Assembly: GCF_006345805.1 (NCBI RefSeq)
Contig: NC_043000.1
Location: forward strand, 4,154,001 to 4,218,000
Direction of reading: 5' to 3'
Length of the DNA: 64,000 nt
Source: Octopus sinensis
Lineage: Eukaryota
Shown here: piece after piece, positions 50,305-63,644 of the stretch
How positions within the stretch are numbered: position 1 is the first letter of the stretch
How the letters are laid out: each line of letters begins with the position of its first letter
Translations under genes and position numbers: made by a program
The notes under the pieces: model-generated
What the model saw: only the letters and a program-made list of their open reading frames with translations
Told to the model about the DNA's origin: nothing
Database searches by the model: none

Positions 50305-51455
50305 CATGTTACCCATAGATACACACATACACACAAACATACATACACACATACATGCAAATACATACATGCACACATACACACATATATGCATACATGC
50401 ATACATACATACATTCATACATACATACATACATACATGCATACATACATACATACATACATTCATACATACATACATACATACACACATACATACATAC
50501 ATACATACATACATTCATACATACATACATACATACATACATACATACATTCATACATACATACATACATACAAACATACGTACATACATACATACATAC
50601 ACACATACATACATACATACAAACATACATACATACAAACATACATACATACATACATTCATACATACATTCATACATACATACATACATACATACATGT
50701 TACCCGTAGATACACACATACACACAAACATACATACACACATACATGCACATACATATATGCACACATACACACATATATGCATACATACATACATACA
50801 TACATACATACATACATACATACATAACATACATACATACATACAAACATTTATACATACATTCATACATACAAACATTTATACATACATTCATACATAC
50901 AAACATACATTCATACATACATACAAACATATACACACATACATACATACATACATACATACACACATACATACATACACACATACATACACACATACAT
51001 ACATACATACATACATACATACATACATACACACATACATACACACATTGATACATACATACATACATACATACATTCATTCATACATACAAACATACAT
51101 ACATACATACGTATATACATACAAACATACATACATTCATACATACATACATACAGACATACATACATGCATACATACATACAACATACATACATACATA
51201 CATACATACATACATACATACATACATACATACATGCATGCATGCATGCATACATACATACATAATACATACATACATACATAACATACATACATACATA
51301 CATACATACATGCATGCATGCACACATACATACAGACATACATACATACAAACATACATACATACATACATACATACATACATACATACATACATGCATG
51401 CATGCACACATACATACATACCTACATACATACAAACATACATACATACATACCT
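50305..51455. repeat. Complex (CATA/CACA)n satellite with an internal ~390-bp duplication
   Basis: The anchor catgttacccRtagatacacac occurs at ~50305 and ~50697, each followed by the same variant-repeat string. Confidence 0.9.
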
Positions 51456-53284
51456 AAAAAGCAATAGTTCAGCTTTGTTGTTGGAGGAATACTATTGATA
51501 GTATCTTCCTGGTGAGGCGACTGCAGGAGAATTACTTAGCCAGGAGTCAGCCAATAAACTTGGTGTAAGTTGACAGGATTTCCAACACCATGATTTGGTG
51601 GTTACAGAGGAAACTAGAACTAGATGAATGGCTTATGAGAGTTGTAGAAGCACTTGTTCTGAAGCACTTGTCAAACGGTCTTCCTGTGTCTTTTCAGACA
51701 TAAATTGGTTTTTCCCCAGGGCATATGGCTTTATATTTATGTATGCATTTATGTGTGCATGTATGTATGTATGTATGTATGTATGTATGTATGTATGTAT
51801 GTATGTATGTATGTATGTATGTACACACACACGCACACACACACTGACCCACACACATGCGCACAAAGAAAAAGGAATGCAGTGTAAATAACGGACAAAG
51901 TCAAGACTATTGAAAAGGTTGCAAGATGCACCGAAAATTTTAAGGAAATAAAAATAAGAAATAAGTGGAAATTTTACCAGTGAGTGTGTTAAATTATAAG
52001 GCAGAAAAAAATGACTCTCCCCAGACACAAGAGAATATATATATATACACACACACACACATGCACACAGCTATGTATATATATGTACATATGACATGAG
52101 GAAGGGCATTCAGCTGTAGACATAAAAAGCACCATCCGAATCGTGGCTGATGCCAGTGCCGCCTCGACTGGCTTCCGTGCCGATGGCACGTAAAATGCTC
52201 CAGTCTGACCGTGGCTGTTGCCAGCCTCGCCTGGCACCTTTGCTGGTGGCACATAAAAACACCCACTACACTCACGGAGTGGTTGGCGTTAGGAAGGGTA
52301 TCCAGCTGTAGAAATACTGCCACATCAGACTGGAGCCTGGTGCAGCCTTCTGGCTTTCCAGATTCCCGGTCGACCATCCAACCCATGCTAGCATGGAGAA
52401 CGGACGTTAAACGATGATGATGATGATGATGATGTGTGTATAAAACAGGCTTCTTTCAGTTTCCATCTGCCAATCCACTCACAAGGCTTTGCTTGACCCA
52501 AGGCTATAGCAGAAGACACTTGCTCAAGGTGCCACGCAGTGGGACTGAACCTGGAACCATGTGGTTGGGAAGCAAGCTTCTTACTACACAACTATGCCTG
52601 CTTACTTTGGATTGTAGGGTGATCTGCTGTGCTTGAGGAGACCTACTGAGTCAAGTACATCAACATCAAAATAAAAATCAAATAGAAATTGTAGTTGTGA
52701 TACCCGTGCCAGTGGCATGTAAAAAGCACCATCCAAACGTGACTGATGCCAGCGCCGCCTTGACTGGCTTCCGTGCTGGTGGCATGTAAAAAACAGCAAC
52801 CGATAGTAGCCATTGCCATCCTCCACTGCCAGTGGCACGTAAAAAGCACCCACTACACTCACTGAGTGGTTGGTGTTAGGAAGGGCATCCAGCTGTAAAA
52901 ACACTGCCAGATCAGACTGGAGCCTGAAGCAGCCTCCTGGCTTCCCAGACCCCAGTCAAACTATCCAACCCATGCTAGCATGGAAAGCGGATGTTAAACA
53001 AAGATGATGATGATGATGAAGATATATGTATATATGTAGTTGTTTGTGCATGTGTGTGTGTATATATATAGATATATAAATATATATATATGTATATATA
53101 TATATGTATATATATATACACACACACACACAATGCACCCTCAATCACTAATTACATATATATATATATATATATATATACCGGAATATACACATAAATG
53201 TGAAACAAGGTGGAAAAAAGAGTACACAAATACCAGTGGTAGAGTAATATGCTTTATTTAAAGCAGCAGAAAATTCAACAAAAT

Positions 53285-53322
53285 CTGTTACTCTGAGTTT
53301 CTCATTGCCGTTCATCAGACAG
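53285..53322 (-). ncRNA. Minimal type I hammerhead, stem II partly decayed
   Basis: Minus strand: CTGT CTGATGA ACG-GCAA-TGA GAAAC-TCAGA-GTA ACAG. Confidence 0.7.
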
Positions 53323-54091
53323 TTTTTGCTAGCATAAAGTATATATATGTATGTATGTATGTATACATGTATATATACGCATGTGTGTATATATAAGGTC
53401 GTATTTTATTGATTTCAGCCTTCAGAGGTGTATTTGAGTAAATATATCACGCCTTGCTCAAGAACATAGAATTAATATGCTGTCCAAAGGTTACAAACAA
53501 TACTAGTCATCTGGTCTCAAATTCTCACCCTAAATGTCTGAAATGGTAACATATGAATCATAGTAGAAAATTAACATAGAATTTAATATTCATCAATTCC
53601 AATTCATTAGTGAAGTTCATATTCATTAGTTAAAACTTTCTATCTATCTCAAATGAATTACACTTGGTCTTCATTAATTACTGACCAAAACAGAAAAATT
53701 TTTTTTAGAAGAACAAATTAAGAAATATTTCCAATCAATATAACCAGCTTCCTCTAAACTTAATGATTTAGTTATTAAATGATTAATGATTTTTTAATGA
53801 TTTAAAAAAAAATTTAATTATCTACAGCTTTTATTTTAGGCGATAAAGTGAATGTGAGATGTTGTTTCCATATGATAGTAGAGATGAAATTTGAACAGGA
53901 TTAGGTGTTGTTGTTGTTGTTGTAGTAATAGTAGTTATTGTTGTTGCTATTTTACCATAGGCCAAACATATTGGAGAAGACTTATGACTAAAGATATTGT
54001 AGTCATGACAATCTTTCATTTTATATTTTGTTTCCATCAGACAGTGTGTCTGGGAACACATTATTCAATACATTTTTGAAGTGTTTAGGAT

Positions 54092-54269
54092 GTGATGATG
54101 ATGATGATCATCATCATCATCTCATCTTCATCATTATTATTTTCATTGTCATTACCACCAACACCCCCACCATCATCATCATCATCTTCACCATCATCAT
54201 CATCATCTTCACCATCATCATCATCATCATCATCATCTTCACCATCATCATCATCATCATCATCTTCAC

Positions 54270-54331
<62 letters not shown>

Positions 54332-54390
54332 CCATCATCATCATCTTCACCATCATCATCCCCATCATCATCATCATCATCATCATCATC
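54092..54390. repeat. (CAT)n triplet microsatellite
   Basis: Directly visible. Confidence 0.95.
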
Positions 54391-54861
54391 TCACAGCTTT
54401 GGAATTTCGATTATGTGATTATTTATTTTTAGAATGACATTGCAGCACAAGTGTGAGAGGCTGGATCTGGCCAGTTTGAACATAAAACAGATAGAATATT
54501 TTAGCTATAGATGTGGCTGGTTTAAATGCTGGTGGGTTTGCCAAATGCCACATCTACATTCCTACTTTAGTGTAGATAGAAGAATAGCATGTAAGAAACT
54601 AGATGTACTTGTTGAAAGTGCATTTTTCATTTAAAAAAAAAAATTTTTAAGCCAGTCAAGACAGAAATAGCAGTACACATCACCTTTGCATCTCTGCCCA
54701 TGTTGAGGATGCTGATGCAGTTGTTGCTGAGCCTAAACAACTACAGATCAATGTCTACAGAAACAAAAGAAAAGTCTAATAAATAATGATGTTAATAATA
54801 ATAATAATAATAATGATATTAATAATAATAATAATAATAGTAGTAGTAGTAGTAGTAAAAA

Positions 54862-54896
<35 letters not shown>

Positions 54897-55185
54897 TTTA
54901 CTACTACTACTACTACTACTAAGTAGTAGTAGTAGTAAATAAATAAATAAAAAGCAAATGGGAAAAAAACCACGGATAGGTAGGGAGGGAACCAGGATTT
55001 GATCCGAATCGTTGTAAGAGAATGAACTCCATTAACAGTATCAAAGGACCAAATGTTAACCTTCCCCTTAAATGACCTCCAATCGAACACTATGCTGTTG
55101 CTAACAGAGAATGGACATTACATATTTCATTTTCCAGCATTTTTTATTATGCTGTTAGTCAGTTCATGGCAATATTTTATCAACA

Positions 55186-55575
55186 CACTAGCAGTATCGC
55201 CCGGCGTTGCTCAGGTTTGTAAGGGAAATAACTATAAAGCATTTTTAGAGAGTTATAGCCAAAAAATAGCAAAAAAATGAAAAAAAAATGATGGTAAATT
55301 TTTTTTGAGAGTTGAAAAAGGTGGAGTTGCGTCCCCTAGACGGTCTGTGGTTTGGGTTTCTGATTCTCGACCCCATGTCGAATTTATCGATTTTTTTCAG
55401 AACTGGGGGAACTTTTCAAAATTTTCGCTGCGTTAGTTTTGAATTATGACATTGGGCTATGTGTGTGTCAAGTTTCATCAGAATCGGTTGAAAGCCGTGG
55501 TCAGAGTGAGGGTACGAGAAAACAGACACACAGAAACACACACAGACAAACTGCCGTTTATATAGAGAGAGAAGA
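55186..55575 (+). mobile_element. Helentron-type non-autonomous element (DINE-1-like)
   Basis: Starts actagcagtatcgcccggcgttgc and ends acagacacacag...aactgccgtttatatagagagaga, with a short subterminal IR (GCAGT/ACTGC). Confidence 0.65.
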
Positions 55576-56059
55576 GATTTTTCACTTGATCTTGCATATA
55601 AAACTTTTTTTTAAAAATCTCTTTAAATTCTGGTAATGGTTTGTGCTGAAAATAACCAGAATTTTATTTGATTAAAGAAATATAGTAATAAACTGTATTT
55701 GTTCAAGTCTTATAGTGTAATTAATGTCAACGAAGCAAGAAATTACCAAGAATCTTTGGTTTACACATCAAGTAATTGAATTTAGAATAATTAATTCTTG
55801 GCTGTTTGGATCGTCAGCTAAGCAGACTTGGTTATACTCTTTTACTCTTTTACTTGTTTCAGTCATTTGACTGCAGCCATGCTGGAGCACCGCCTTTAGT
55901 CAAGCAAATCGACCCCAGGACTTATTCTTTGTAAGCCTAGTACTTATTCTATCGGTCTCTTTTGCCAAACCGCTAAGTTACGGGGACATAAACACACCAG
56001 CATCGGTTGTCAAGCGATGTTGGGGGACAAACACAGATACACAAACATACACATACATG

Positions 56060-56109
<50 letters not shown>

Positions 56110-58001
56110 CATATATATACGACAGGCTTCTTTCAGTTTCCATCTACCAAATCCACTCACAAGGCATTGGTCGGCCCAAGGCTATAGTAGAAGACACTTG
56201 CCCAAGGTGCCACACAGTGGGACTGAACCCAGAACCATGTGGTTCGTAAGCAAGCTACTTACCACACAGCCACTCTTACAAATGTTGGCTGTAAAATGTG
56301 GGCCAAATGAAACTAGTTTGAAGATTTCACACATGTAGCCAGGTGGCGTTCACTGCCACCACTGCTTGACAACCAGTGTTGGTGTGTTTATGTCCCTGTA
56401 ACTTAGCAGATTGGCAAAAGAATAAATACTGGGGTTGATTTGTTAGACTAAAATTCTTCAAGATGATGCCCCAGCATGGTTGTAGCCATGGTTACTAAAA
56501 CAAATAAAAGATAAAAATAGTCCAAATGCCCTCCCATCCCATGCAGATTCATGCAAATATATTAATTATCTAAAATGCATTTTTATTTATTTTCAATTTT
56601 TAATTTAAAAAGAATTTTTATTAGTTTTTGCTAATCAGTTGGCTTATGGTGAGTCCATTTAAATAATTGGAAACTTCTCAGCTGAAATCCTAGCTCCACC
56701 CATGGATCTAGCAAGTGCTTAAAACTCAGCAGTACAGAGAGACTGGATAATTGCTGATGTTGCAAAAGGTGATAATTACAGTTGTGGCTGTTGTCTCTAT
56801 TGCTGTTGCAGTTGCTGCTGCTGCTGCTGTTAGTGCCACCAAAATGCAAAATGTATTGTATTATCATCATTGGCAGCAGCGGTGGTGGTAGCAGTGGTGG
56901 TGGTGGCAGTGGTAGTGATAAGAATTTGGACCTGGAGATCTCCATTTCCAGCGACTCCGAGGGCCACCTCCCAGTGGTGCCAGGCATCAACAAAGAGCCC
57001 TCTACTACAAGTCAACCAAAGTTTTTTTTTCAAGGTCTGGGGTCTCCCGCCCCTAAGCCCTAGACCATCAGCTCATCACCCTTACCCGTCTTGTTGCTTA
57101 ACAACAACAGCAGCAGCAGCAGCAGCAGAGTGGAGGTGCAATGGCTCAGTGGTTAGGACAGCAGACTCGTGGTCGTAAGAACGTGGTTTTGATTCCCAGG
57201 CCAGGCATTGTGAGTGTTTATTGAGCAAAAACACCTAACCTCCACGAGGCTCTGGCGGGGGGTAGTGGTGAACCCCGCTGTACTCTTGCACCACAACTTT
57301 CTCTCACTCTATCTTCCTACTTCTGCCACAAAGTAGAGGAACTATGGTGTGGTAAAATTTCAGACCCTAGTCTAGATTGCGAATCCTCTGTACCCTAGGA
57401 TGGTTCAGCTCTCCACCCGTGAAAAGCCACCGTTTACGGAATGAGGATAACAACGTAGCTTTCGCGCCCGTGGAACCGCCAGTCTATCGCGTGTGGTGGG
57501 TGGATCTTCAAGTTGCTACACGTATTCTTAGTTGCTTAGAATAGGCTCCAATTAGAGATTATTCTTTGTGGCTAATGGCGTGGGTCCTGATTGGAAGAAG
57601 AAGAAGAAGAAGAAGAAGAAGAAGAAGAAGAAGAAGAAGAAGAAGACAGCAGCAGCAGCAGCAGAGGCGGCAGCGGTGGCAGCCGCATTGGCAGCAGCTC
57701 CAGTAGCAGCAGCAGAGGCAGTGGTAGCAGGGGCAGTTGAGGTAGAAACAACAGCAATGGCAGTGGCAGCAGTGGGGGACATCATTATTGAGGCAGCAAG
57801 CTAGAAGAATTGTTGGCATGCTGGGCAAAATGCTTAGCAGCATTTCGTCCACCTATACTTTCTGAGTTCAAATTCTGCCATGGTTGACTTTGCCTTTTAT
57901 CCTCTCAGGATCAGTAAAATAAGTACCGGTTGAGTACTGGGGCTGATGCAATCGACCATCCGCCTCCCCCAAATTTCAGGCCTTGTGCCTATAGTAGAAA
58001 G

Positions 58002-58089
<88 letters not shown>

Positions 58090-58764
58090 CAACACTCACG
58101 GAGTGGTTGGCGTTAGGAAGGGCATCCAGCAGTAGAAACATTGCCAGATAAGACTGGAGTCTGGTGCAGCCTTCTGGCTTCCCAGATCCCCGGTCGAACA
58201 GTCCAACCCATGCTAGCATGGAGAACGGACGTTAAACGATGATGATGATGATGTATATATAATAAATAAATAAAAGGGTAAGATTAATTAATTATTAATT
58301 AATAATTTTACCAAGTAGTGTTCAGTATGTAAAAATACCATTTACGGTATATTTAAAACATTACGTTATATAATTAGGGTTCAGTAAAAAAATTTACTTT
58401 ACCACACACCGAACTTTTAGAAATAGCAGCCAAAAAATTTTGCTATTTCCTCTACTATAAGAAAAGTCTCCCAAACAATGTATACTCAAAAATAATTCAC
58501 GTTGGTATAGAGGGAAAAACAATGGTTGGTGAATATGCTTTGATATTGCCTGATAGTTGTAAATGAGCACCATATTATGCTAGTAAAATCCTTCATTTCC
58601 AATTTTCTGTGAAATCATTTTTGGTCAAGGGAAAATATTACCTTATTTGGAAACAAGTGAGAGTTGACATCAAAGAAGGGCATCTGGCCACGGAAAAATC
58701 TTCCTTAACAAATTCAGTCCAACCCATGCAAGCATGGAAAAGTAAACACTAAAACGATGCTGAT

Positions 58765-59050
58765 GATGGTGGTGGTGGTGGTGGTGGTGGTGGTGGTGGT
58801 GATGGTGGTAGTGGTGGTGGTGGTGGTGGTGGTGGTGGTGGTGATGATGGTGGTGGTGGTGGTGGTGGTGGTGGTGTGGTGGTGGTGGTGGTGGTGGTGA
58901 TGGTGATGGTGATGGTGGTGGTGATGGTGGTGGAGGTGGTGGTGATGGTGGTGGCGATGGTGGTGGTGGTGGTGGTTGTGGTGGTGGTGATGAGGAGGAG
59001 GAAGGGGAGGAGGATGATGACGACGATGATGACGATGACAACAACAATTA
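58765..59050. repeat. (GGT/GAT)n triplet tract grown from a SINE tail
   Basis: Follows aacccatgcaagcatggaaaagtaaacactaaaacgatg. Confidence 0.9.
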
Positions 59051-59289
59051 TGATGTGTAGCATATTATCTGAATAGTCCAGTTACAGTTGCCAAGTAACA
59101 AAAAACTTCATTTTGAGACATCTTATTACCCAAAGCCCTACCATTGACTAGCCACCATATGATATTAAGGCTAACATAAAGGGTTAGAATTTCTGAGATT
59201 TTCACACAATAGTCAGCCACTTTGCTATCTTGGCAGTATTACAACAAATCAATGTAAAGGAACAGATAGATTTTAAAAAACAACAACAA

Positions 59290-59518
59290 CAAAAAAGAAG
59301 TGATAAAGGAAAACCTGCTGCTATCTCTTCGAAACTACATTCGGAAAAATCCATCAATAAGTAAAAAGATGAAGTTGAAATTACAACGCACTTTGATATT
59401 TCCAATAGCAACATATAGATCTGAATGTTGGACACTTAAAACGCTGAGAGAAAAAGATTGTTTCCATTCTGAATTTGGTGTAGTAGAAGAAAGCTAAGAA
59501 TTATCTGCAGAGAGAGAG

Positions 59519-59597
<79 letters not shown>

Positions 59598-59790
59598 ACA
59601 AGCAGTATGTTAGATTGAATTAAAATTGTAAAAATATCTTGTAAAGGAACTGGTTAGCCAAAAACAGATATTTTGAGTATGTCATATAAGAACAATGGTT
59701 TTACAGAAATTGTTGGTTGCTAGAAAAATCTTTAAATAAAATGGCCAAGAGGAAAGTTCAGGAAAAGTACTAGATTAAAAGTACGTCATG
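59290..59790 (+). mobile_element. Degenerate RTE LINE C-terminal fragment interrupted by (AG)n
   Basis: KLKLQRTLIFPIATYRSECWTLK matches the RTE L..FP...YG.E.WT motif. Confidence 0.65.
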
Positions 59791-59854
59791 ACAATAACAT
59801 GATTGGAAATACAATCCTTTATTTGTTTTCCACCCCCTTTTCAGTGTTGGGCTT

Positions 59855-60268
59855 TCATCATCATTGTCATCCTTATCCTCCTCCTCCTCATCATCATCGT
59901 CATCATCATCCTCATCTTCATCATCATCACCATTATCATCACCATCTTCATCATCATTATTGTCATCCTCATCATCCTCATCCCCTCCTCCCTTCTCCTC
60001 CTCCTCATCATCATCATCCTCATCTTCATCATCATCCCCCTCCCCCACCTCATCCTCCTCATCCTCCTCATCATCCTCCTCATCACCATTATCATCCTCA
60101 TCTTCATCATCATCACCATTATCATCATCATCTTCATCATCATTATCGTCATCCTCATCATCCTCATCCTCCTGCTCCTCCTCCTGCTCCTGCTCCTCAT
60201 CATCATCACCTTCATCATCACCATTATCATCACCATTATCATCACCATTATCATCACCATCATCACTT
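59855..60268. repeat. (CAT/CCT)n compound tract with internal duplication
   Basis: Directly abuts a SINE-C end and produces the spurious acidic ORF. Confidence 0.9.
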
Positions 60269-60807
60269 AATGTCTGTTTTCCATGCTGGCATGGGTTGGA
60301 CGGTTTGACAGGAGTTGTTAAGGCCAGTGGGACTGCACCAGGCTCCGCTGTCTGTTTTGACATGCTTTCAATGGCTGAATGCCCTCCCTAACACCAACCA
60401 CTTTACGGAGTGCACTGGGTGCTTTTAACACCAGTGCCTTTGATGAAGAGGAAGGAGAGGAAGAGGAGATGCAGAAGGGGAGAAAATAGTGAAAGAAGAG
60501 GAATGGGGGAGGGAAAAGAGGGGGAAGAGGACAATGAAAATGAGTATGACTCTAATAATAACCCTAAGATCTTTGATGAAAGGTATTTCCAGCAATGACC
60601 ATCTCATCTTTTTCAAACATAGTATATCGAAGACTATAATTATTAAATGCATTTGATTAAATTCTTTTAAATGGTATAATGTGATTTGAGGGAGATCTGG
60701 CTGCTACTTTACTAGATTGAACAACCACATAGCTGGCACCTCAACAAGCAAAATATACATCTAAAATGTGGTGTATATATATATATATAACACTTCTGTC
60801 ACAACCT

Positions 60808-60851
60808 GGGACCTTGAAGACTGCTTTAATGCAAGAAAGTATACTAGTCCC
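60808..60851 (+). ncRNA. Hammerhead-like motif with an 8-nt core
   Basis: GGGAC CTTGAAGA CTGC-TTTAAT-GCAA GAA AGTATACT A GTCCC, with a perfect 5-bp stem I and a palindromic stem III. Confidence 0.6.
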
Positions 60852-61019
60852 CTAATATTTTATATTCAATATTTCATCTATTCAATAAGATAATCAATAC
60901 TTCATTTCATTTTACTATATATATATTATTTATACTATATATTCTATATTCTACATTAGTATTATAAAGAATATAAATAAAACATAAAAAACAGAGTTGG
61001 AATTTCTTTGAATAATATA

Positions 61020-61396
61020 CACTTGCGTCAGAAATTAATTAGCACTTCTCAAATTTCTACATTAAATAGGTTAAATCAATTAACCTATGAGCTGTTCAAA
61101 ACGTCTTACGCGATGAGAAAACTTAGTATGGTGTGATTTCGGTCCTTGCGAGGCGCTACCTATATCTATTAAACAAAGGAAGATTTGTCTGCATCCGCAC
61201 TCCAAGTTGTTGCACTGCTATGTCAACATCATAAGGCTGTAGACTCTCAAACTGCTCTGCAAACAAAGTTACGTCATCGTTCTGCGCAACAGTGAACTCA
61301 CAACAAAGCAATAGTTCGAGATATGGCCACTAGGTGACAGCACATACCTTGAGTGAAGAGCAAATCAAGGGTGCTAATTAATTTCTGACGGTAGTG
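61020..61396. mobile_element. Tc1-type MITE
   Basis: TA-CACTTGCGTCAGAAATTAATTAGCAC ... GTGCTAATTAATTTCTGACGGTAGTG-TA. Confidence 0.82.
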
Positions 61397-61440
61397 TATA
61401 TATAATCAAAGCATAGAGTAATTTACATCCATTGCAGCTG

Positions 61441-61523
61441 ATCTTACCAATTGGTTTTGCACTAGGGGTTCAATGGAGTGTTAGGTAACAGTCCGATTAT
61501 GTAACCTTGTGCTCAGCAGAGGT
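61441..61523 (-). ncRNA. Decayed hammerhead (A6C core, G12A)
   Basis: Minus strand: ACCT CTGCTGA GCAC..GTGC AAAAC-CAATTG-GTA AGAT. Confidence 0.55.
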
Positions 61524-61625
61524 AGCCATTATGGAATGAAATATAGTGAGTGCTCTCTATTGTTGGAGGTACATAGACACATCTGGTTTGAAACATAATG
61601 AAACGGATCAAAGAGGTGATTCAGT

Positions 61626-61676
<51 letters not shown>

Positions 61677-61830
61677 AAATTGTTGTTAATCCAAACAAAT
61701 GGAAATATAGAAGAAATGAAACTGAAAATGCATGAAAAATATATTAGAATTGATTAGAATTTAATTGCATTTTAAAATATAGGAATTAGATTTTCAATAG
61801 TGTATATGTATGAAGCTGTTTTATGAATTA

Positions 61831-62012
61831 CTGTATTTTAACATGTATAAGGAACCCTTTTGTATAAGGAACTCCCTAATTTTTGGGGCTTAAAATTTGG
61901 AAAAAAGATTTTGTAAGGGACTATAATACTATCCATGAATAAGAAACTCGCAAATTTTTTTAGCCTAATTTTTGACTAAAATGGGTTCCTTATACTACAG
62001 GTTAAAATATGG
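61831..62012. mobile_element. Small TA-flanked MITE (pogo/Tc1-like)
   Basis: TA-CTGTATTTTAAC..GTATAAGGAACCC and GGGTTCCTTATAC..GTTAAAATATGG-TA. Confidence 0.65.
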
Positions 62013-62296
62013 TATGTCTTTTCTTGCCATTGTTATCAAAACTATATATATAACTATATACAAAATTAAGAGGAATGACCACTAAAGTGGACACCTAATA
62101 TGCTAAACATAGATGTCAAATCACCATTACCACAAAGAATGTGTTCTCAAGAAAAATCTCAGCAAAATGCCTCAGCATACCAAAGTGAAGACATTTGAAA
62201 AATATACCCAAATACAATTTGTAGAACATTATACATGCTCAATTTCGGTTGAGCTTTCTGCATCTAGTTCTGGAAATTGTGTTTTGTTAGTGACAG

Positions 62297-62373
62297 ACCA
62301 CGCTGACGATCTTGCAGATATCTGCATATTTGGATATGTAGATATTAACAAGTTAAACCATTGGTACATAGGT
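62297..62373 (+). ncRNA. Decayed hammerhead inside an inverted duplication
   Basis: ACCACG CTGACGA TCTTG..CAAGT TAAAC-CATTG-GTA CATAGG, with G12U and stem I mismatches. Confidence 0.5.
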
Positions 62374-63596
62374 AATCATTTTTTATTTTGTATATTTTCA
62401 TTTGTCTTGCTCATTTTTACATTTTGGCGTTTTGCTGAGAATTTTCTTGAGAACACATTCTTTGTGGTAATGGCAATTTGACATCTATGTTTAGCATATT
62501 AGGTGTCCACTTTAGTAGTCATTCTTCTTAATTTTGTATGTAATGCAATTTTTAATCTTTGGATTTTTTAAATATGCTAAGCCACTGCTTTTAATTGATT
62601 AATATCAATTTCTACCCTTATTATTTAATTTTATATATCATCATCATCATCATCATCGTTTAACGTCTGCTTTCCATGCCAGCATGGGTTGGACGATTTG
62701 ACTGAGGGCTGGTGAACCAGATGGCTGCACCAGGCTCCAATCTTGATCTGGCAGTGTTTCTACAGCTGGATGCCCTTCCTAACACCAACCACTCCGAGAG
62801 TGTAGTGGGTGCTTTTTACGTGCCAAGTACATGATTTAGTTCCCTATGCATGTTTCACCATCGTGGTTATTTGCATCCTCTGCAGTGGATGTTCATAGAA
62901 CATTTGGATGCAGATCCACAATGTTTCTTCAGGGGAACACTTACTTACATAATGTTAACACAGAGTAAATAGATGGCAAAACGTTTTGGATAGACGGCAA
63001 AACATTTTGTAAGCACATCAAAAGGGAAATTGAGACAACAAGAGAGAAGAAAAGGAAAGGAAGAGAGAGAGAGAGAGACACACTCACACAAACAAACACA
63101 CATATACACACATATGCATCAAGCAATGCCACAGACATACACATGCAGTGCTGGACGCTTACAGTACCATGTATATACACATATGTATATCCAATTTACC
63201 ATACGTCTACATCACGCTTATTGATATTATCTTCTACCCTATACAAATATATAAACCCAAGAGTATATTTACTGACATATGACACGTCTATTTTTATATA
63301 ACAATATGCCAAGTTTATACCTTTATTACAATGTCCAGTAGACTATGCTCCAATACCCAAAATAAACCAATGATACCTGCCAAAATTTAATGGACACAAA
63401 TTTCACATCTCTTCTCTCTTTTCTATTTTACTTGTTTCAGTCATTTGACAGCAACCATGCTGGAGCACCACCTTTAGTTGAGGAAATTGACCCCCAGGAC
63501 TTATTCTTTGGAAGCCTAGTATGGGGACGTAAACAAACTACCATCCATCAGTTGTCAAGCAATGTTGGGGGGACAAACACAGATACACAAACATAT

Positions 63597-63644
<48 letters not shown>

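Noticed and set aside
54433-54778. ORF MTLQHKCERL... and a downstream terminal exon candidate (QDRNSS...RNKRKV*)
   Set aside because: The first is inside a piggyBac-like MITE copy; the second has an A-rich, very weak acceptor.
59770-60363. 197-aa Asp/Glu-rich ORF
   Set aside because: It is the reverse translation of an expanded (CAT/CCT)n SINE tail.
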